This document shows positions 60,651 through 64,000 of a stretch of 64,000 bases of DNA, piece after piece. The stretch is taken from NCBI GenBank assembly GCA_038883795.1, contig JAVZLK010000002.1:108491-172490 (forward strand), written 5' to 3'. How positions within the stretch are numbered: position 1 is the stretch's first letter; every line of letters starts with the position of its first letter. This DNA is from Candidatus Bathyarchaeia archaeon. Its GTDB lineage: Archaea > Thermoproteota > Bathyarchaeia > Bathyarchaeales > Bathycorpusculaceae. The position numbers and the translations under genes are program-made. The notes beneath the pieces were generated by a model. That model had not been told where the DNA came from. It did no database searches and saw nothing but the letters and a program-made list of their open reading frames with translations.

Positions 60651-61117
60651 AACTTTTAAAAGAGTTTGTGAGCCGATTTGGCGTGAGCATAACCCTAAAA
60701 GAGAATTTTATAACGAGAAGAGGAAACAGATACTTTCTTTTGAATGAGAAACTGAAAAAATTGGTTGAAAAGGATTTCTTTTATGCTGGAGTTTATCTTG
60801 GAAAAGTCAAAAATGGAAAGTTTTTCCCAAGCTTTAACCTTCTATCAATGATTGCCGAGAAAAAGGCAAACAAAATATTCGTTGATAAACGTTCTGAGTG
60901 GCTCTTCATCTGCGGAAGAGACATATTCAAGCAAGGAATAACAAAAGTAGTCGGTTCAAAAAGGAAGGGCGATTATGCGCTTATCCTAAATCAGCATGGC
61001 GAGTGTCTTGGTTTTGGCAAAATATTATGCGATTTAGATGAAATTGCGGAAGGTGTTGCCGTAAAAAACATTTCTGATATTGGCGACTTTTTGAGAAGAG
61101 AAAAACCCCAAATCTAA
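60647..61117 (+). CDS. Nip7-like PUA-domain ribosome biogenesis protein
   Basis: AGVYLG...FFPS, LFICGRDIF, CLGFG, DIGDFLRRE; coupled to the NOP2-like gene. Confidence 0.8.
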   Translation: MKLLKEFVSRFGVSITLKENFITRRGNRYFLLNEKLKKLVEKDFFYAGVYLGKVKNGKFFPSFNLLSMIAEKKANKIFVDKRSEWLFICGRDIFKQGITKVVGSKRKGDYALILNQHGECLGFGKILCDLDEIAEGVAVKNISDIGDFLRREKPQI

Positions 61118-62400
61118 GCCATTTCCTCTAATATTTTCTCAATTTTCACGGTTTTCTGCTCTCTCTTTATCAAATCTCGGACAACCACAGCATTTTCTTT
61201 CAGCTCTTTTTCTCCAACTATTATGGCATACTTTGCTCCTCTCCTATCCGCATCCTCTAAGGCTTTGCTTATTTTTCGACCCATAACCTCAACTTCTGTT
61301 GGTATGTCCGCATCTCTAAGCCTTCGTGAAATTTCCATAGCCTTTCCCGCTAACTCCGCCTTTGTTGGAATCACCATAACCCTATTTTCCTCTCTTTTCT
61401 TGATGGGAATTTTTTGAGTTTGCATGGCTAACATTATCCTATCTATTCCATGAGCTACTCCAACAGCTGGTGTGGGTTCACCGCCGAACAACTCGACAAG
61501 TCTATCGTATCTTCCGCCACCGCCCAAGGCTATGTCTATTTCCGGCACAGTAACTTCAAAAATCATTCCCGTATAATATTCAAGTCCCCTCGCAAAACCA
61601 GCATCAACCGCAATGGCAATTTTGCTTTCGCTTTCCGAAATAAGTTTTAGAATTTTGTAGAGGTTTTCCACAGCAGTCTCAGCTTTTTCATAACCCCTAA
61701 CACATTCTTTCATTTTTTCAACAGTTTCAAAAATGTCACTGCCTTTAAGCTCCACCAATTTTTTGAGAGTTTTTACGCATTTTTCTTTGGCTCCTGAGTC
61801 TTTGACTAGGTTAAATGCGTCATCATATAGTTTCTTGTCCATTAGTTGCATAGCCGCGTTCTGTATTTTCTCTTCCAAATTTTCCTCTGCCATGACGCCC
61901 CTTAAGACTCCGACATGTCCTATCTTGAATGTGCAATTCTTCAGTCCAACGCTTTTCATTAAACTGTTTGTTAGTATCAGTATTTCGGCGTCGGCTTCGG
62001 GCTTGTCTGAACCCATCAACTCATAGTTTGATTGCCAAAACTCCCTATAGCGTCCCCGTTGGGGTTCATCATAACGGTAAACGCTTCCTACAGAAAAAAG
62101 CCTCAATGGTTTTGGCTCATTTTTTAAAGTGGTTGCAACAAGCCTAGCTACAGAAGCCGTAAATTCTGGGCGTAGAGCAACCATTCGGTCGCCCAAGTCT
62201 CTGAAGGCAAACATTCTTGAACGGATTTCTTCGCCGGTCTTTGCTGCCAAAAGCTCATAGGATTCTACGACCGGCGTTATGATTTCTTCATATCCATAAA
62301 GTTCAGCCACTCGTCTTGCTTTCCCTTCGATGTACTTCATGAGTTTGGCTTCTTCAGGCAGAAAATCCCTCATTCCCCTAACAGTTTTGAACTGCGACAT
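61114..62400 (-). CDS. hisS: Histidyl-tRNA synthetase
   Basis: VRGMRDF, LRPEFT, RYDEPQRGRYREF, RGLEYYTG, GGGRYD. Confidence 0.97.
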   Translation of the reverse strand: MSQFKTVRGMRDFLPEEAKLMKYIEGKARRVAELYGYEEIITPVVESYELLAAKTGEEIRSRMFAFRDLGDRMVALRPEFTASVARLVATTLKNEPKPLRLFSVGSVYRYDEPQRGRYREFWQSNYELMGSDKPEADAEILILTNSLMKSVGLKNCTFKIGHVGVLRGVMAEENLEEKIQNAAMQLMDKKLYDDAFNLVKDSGAKEKCVKTLKKLVELKGSDIFETVEKMKECVRGYEKAETAVENLYKILKLISESESKIAIAVDAGFARGLEYYTGMIFEVTVPEIDIALGGGGRYDRLVELFGGEPTPAVGVAHGIDRIMLAMQTQKIPIKKREENRVMVIPTKAELAGKAMEISRRLRDADIPTEVEVMGRKISKALEDADRRGAKYAIIVGEKELKENAVVVRDLIKREQKTVKIEKILEEMA

Positions 62401-62609
62401 TTCGCATTCTCCAATGTTCGGTCAATCGCGAAACTGAATAGTAAAGGTGCTACACATCTATTTTTAATTTCAGTATAAGCTTCCATTCTCTTCTTGATAT
62501 TTTGTATGGTGTTTTGTTTATATGTTTGTGTTTAATGTTTCTTATCCAAGCCAATGGATTAGATTTATAAGGGTACACTGCAAAGGTACTGTCTAAAAGG
62601 TGGTTTGAA

Positions 62610-62954
62610 ACGGATCTTATTGCGCTATTAATCCAGATTGTCGTAGGAACAATAATCGTCGCCCCTGTCCTTTGGTTAGCTGGAAGAGCACTTGTAGGAA
62701 AAGAAAAAGCAAAGTTCACTGATGCAATATGGATAGTGATTCTTGGGACAGTATTAGGCGCGGTCATTGGAAGTTTCATAGGTGGCTTAATTGCCGCAAT
62801 TATAATGCTTATCGTATGGCTTGCGCTGATTAAACATTTCTTTGACTGCGGATGGATAATGGCATTGGCAATTGCCATCATTGCGGTAATAATCTTCATA
62901 GTGATAATTGCAATACTCACATTAATTGGCATTGGATTATTGGCACTTATCTAA
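62610..62954 (+). CDS. Multi-TM membrane protein; real start appears to lie upstream of the ORF-track call (ACG at 62610)
   Basis: Frame open upstream of 62736 (DLIALLIQIVVGTIIVAPVLWLAGRALVGKEKAKFTDA); AGGTGG SD 6 nt before ACG. Confidence 0.65.
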   Translation, partial: TDLIALLIQIVVGTIIVAPVLWLAGRALVGKEKAKFTDAIWIVILGTVLGAVIGSFIGGLIAAIIMLIVWLALIKHFFDCGWIMALAIAIIAVIIFIVIIAILTLIGIGLLALI

Positions 62955-63067
62955 AGGCAAACATGGAAAACTAGTTTGACACCTCTAACCCTCTTTTTTA
63001 TTGGCACCTTTAGCTTTACAAATCACTCGAAGAAATTGTGCGAAGATAATACAAAATGAGTTTAAAT

Positions 63068-63622
63068 TTAGATTTGTAGCTGAGAAACTGAATAGTAAAC
63101 TATTTCTCCTCTGCGGTTAATAACAGCCAAAATTAACTCCTTTTTTAGGCTTTGACACTGCATCATGGCACGGGTTAAATCCTCCAACGAAATAGGCTTT
63201 CCTTCTTGAATGTTTAAGATTAAATATTTTGCAGCGTCTTTTCCATACTCGCCCCTTTCGTAAACTCGAAAATCCACGCCTAAACCAAAACCTTCCCGCA
63301 CCACATACCCACGACTTCTTAAATCGCGATAAGTCAAGTATGCAGCCCAAGCATTTTCGTTAACAGCCTCATAACAACGCAGAAGCTTCTGAAAATCCAC
63401 AGTTTCTCCTTTTTCATCCTCAACTTCCAGTATTTTCTTTTCCAAAAGATATAATGCTTCATAAAAAGTGAGGAGAAGCTCATCATTTTCTATAGTGCCA
63501 TACCCCCTTGAAGAGATGCTATCTATATTCTGGGTTTTTTGAATGCGCACACCCTTTTCCACAAGCAATCCCTTAACTTTGAGTTCCGCGTTGCCAGACG
63601 CTTTTCCTTTGTTCTTGCTCAT
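63068..63622 (-). CDS. endA: tRNA splicing endonuclease subunit, probably the structural (beta) subunit
   Basis: LTFYEALYLLE, YRDLRSRGYVVREG, DFRVY, ILAVI...IVYY; catalytic His position reads KDAAKY. Confidence 0.85.
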   Translation of the reverse strand: MSKNKGKASGNAELKVKGLLVEKGVRIQKTQNIDSISSRGYGTIENDELLLTFYEALYLLEKKILEVEDEKGETVDFQKLLRCYEAVNENAWAAYLTYRDLRSRGYVVREGFGLGVDFRVYERGEYGKDAAKYLILNIQEGKPISLEDLTRAMMQCQSLKKELILAVINRRGEIVYYSVSQLQI

Positions 63623-63648
63623 TTAAACCATCAACCAACGCCAAATTT

Positions 63649-64000
63649 TCATTTAAACTTATCAAAATCCTTCTTATATAGAATCCCGCTTTCGCAGATT
63701 ATTGCTGTCACATATTTAAGGGGAGTTATGTCGAATGCTGGATTCAAAGCGTCCACTCCTTCAGCGGCAATCCGCAGCGAACCTATGTGTGTCACTTCTT
63801 CTGGTTTCCGTTCTTCAATGATAACATCAGCTGATGTGTGTGTCAAATCAAAGGTGGATTTTGGAGCCGCCACATAGAAAGGTATTCCATGTTCTTTGGC
63901 TAAAACTGCCACGGTAAAAGTTCCAATTTTGTTGATTACTGCGTCTTTAACTATTCTAACAGCACCAACCACCACTTTACTAACCATTCGCTTATACATG
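63649..64000 (-). CDS. eIF-2B-like / MtnA-type sugar-phosphate isomerase, C-terminal part
   Basis: [21 protein letters not shown]...E, NPAFDITP; truncated by the window end. Confidence 0.88.
   Translation of the reverse strand, partial: MYKRMVSKVVVGAVRIVKDAVINKIGTFTVAVLAKEHGIPFYVAAPKSTFDLTHTSADVIIEERKPEEVTHIGSLRIAAEGVDALNPAFDITPLKYVTAIICESGILYKKDFDKFK

Noticed and set aside
62450-62932. 160-aa minus-strand ORF
   Set aside because: Antisense to the more plausible plus-strand membrane protein that has an SD.
1-64000. CRISPR arrays, rRNA, IS transposases, inteins
   Set aside because: None seen by eye; CDC48, TFB, EF-2 and PurL have normal lengths.

Overview
Archaeal chromosomal DNA, most consistent with a TACK-lineage archaeon such as Bathyarchaeia (inferred from gene content: Alba, TFB, L7Ae/S28e/L24e/L40e, Gar1, CDC48, Ftr-family gene, Cren7-like domain). 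Most of the window is housekeeping (translation, RNA modification, sucCD, radical SAM enzymes, purine synthesis). Main observations: (1) A purine cluster encodes steps 1, 2, 4 and 5 (purF, purD, purS/L/Q, purM) but has no purN/purT. A translationally coupled HAD hydrolase - Ftr paralog - PfkB kinase trio (resembling methanogen EhaR/S/T) directly follows purD and is a candidate alternative GAR-formylation module. (2) A 2.9-kb element is integrated in tRNA-Gly(CCC) between 42-bp direct repeats. Its SSV1-type integrase is split in frame by att and has an RHH/CcdA-like N-terminus; the cargo is an RHH regulator and tiny membrane proteins. (3) Initiator tRNA-Met has a 28-nt T-loop (59/60) intron with a perfect BHB motif, and a non-catalytic-looking EndA subunit is present. 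(4) There is a likely C/D-box sRNA. (5) A Cren7-like Zn domain is fused to a coiled coil and faces a paralogous coiled-coil gene. All calls are from motif recognition by eye; no database searches were run.
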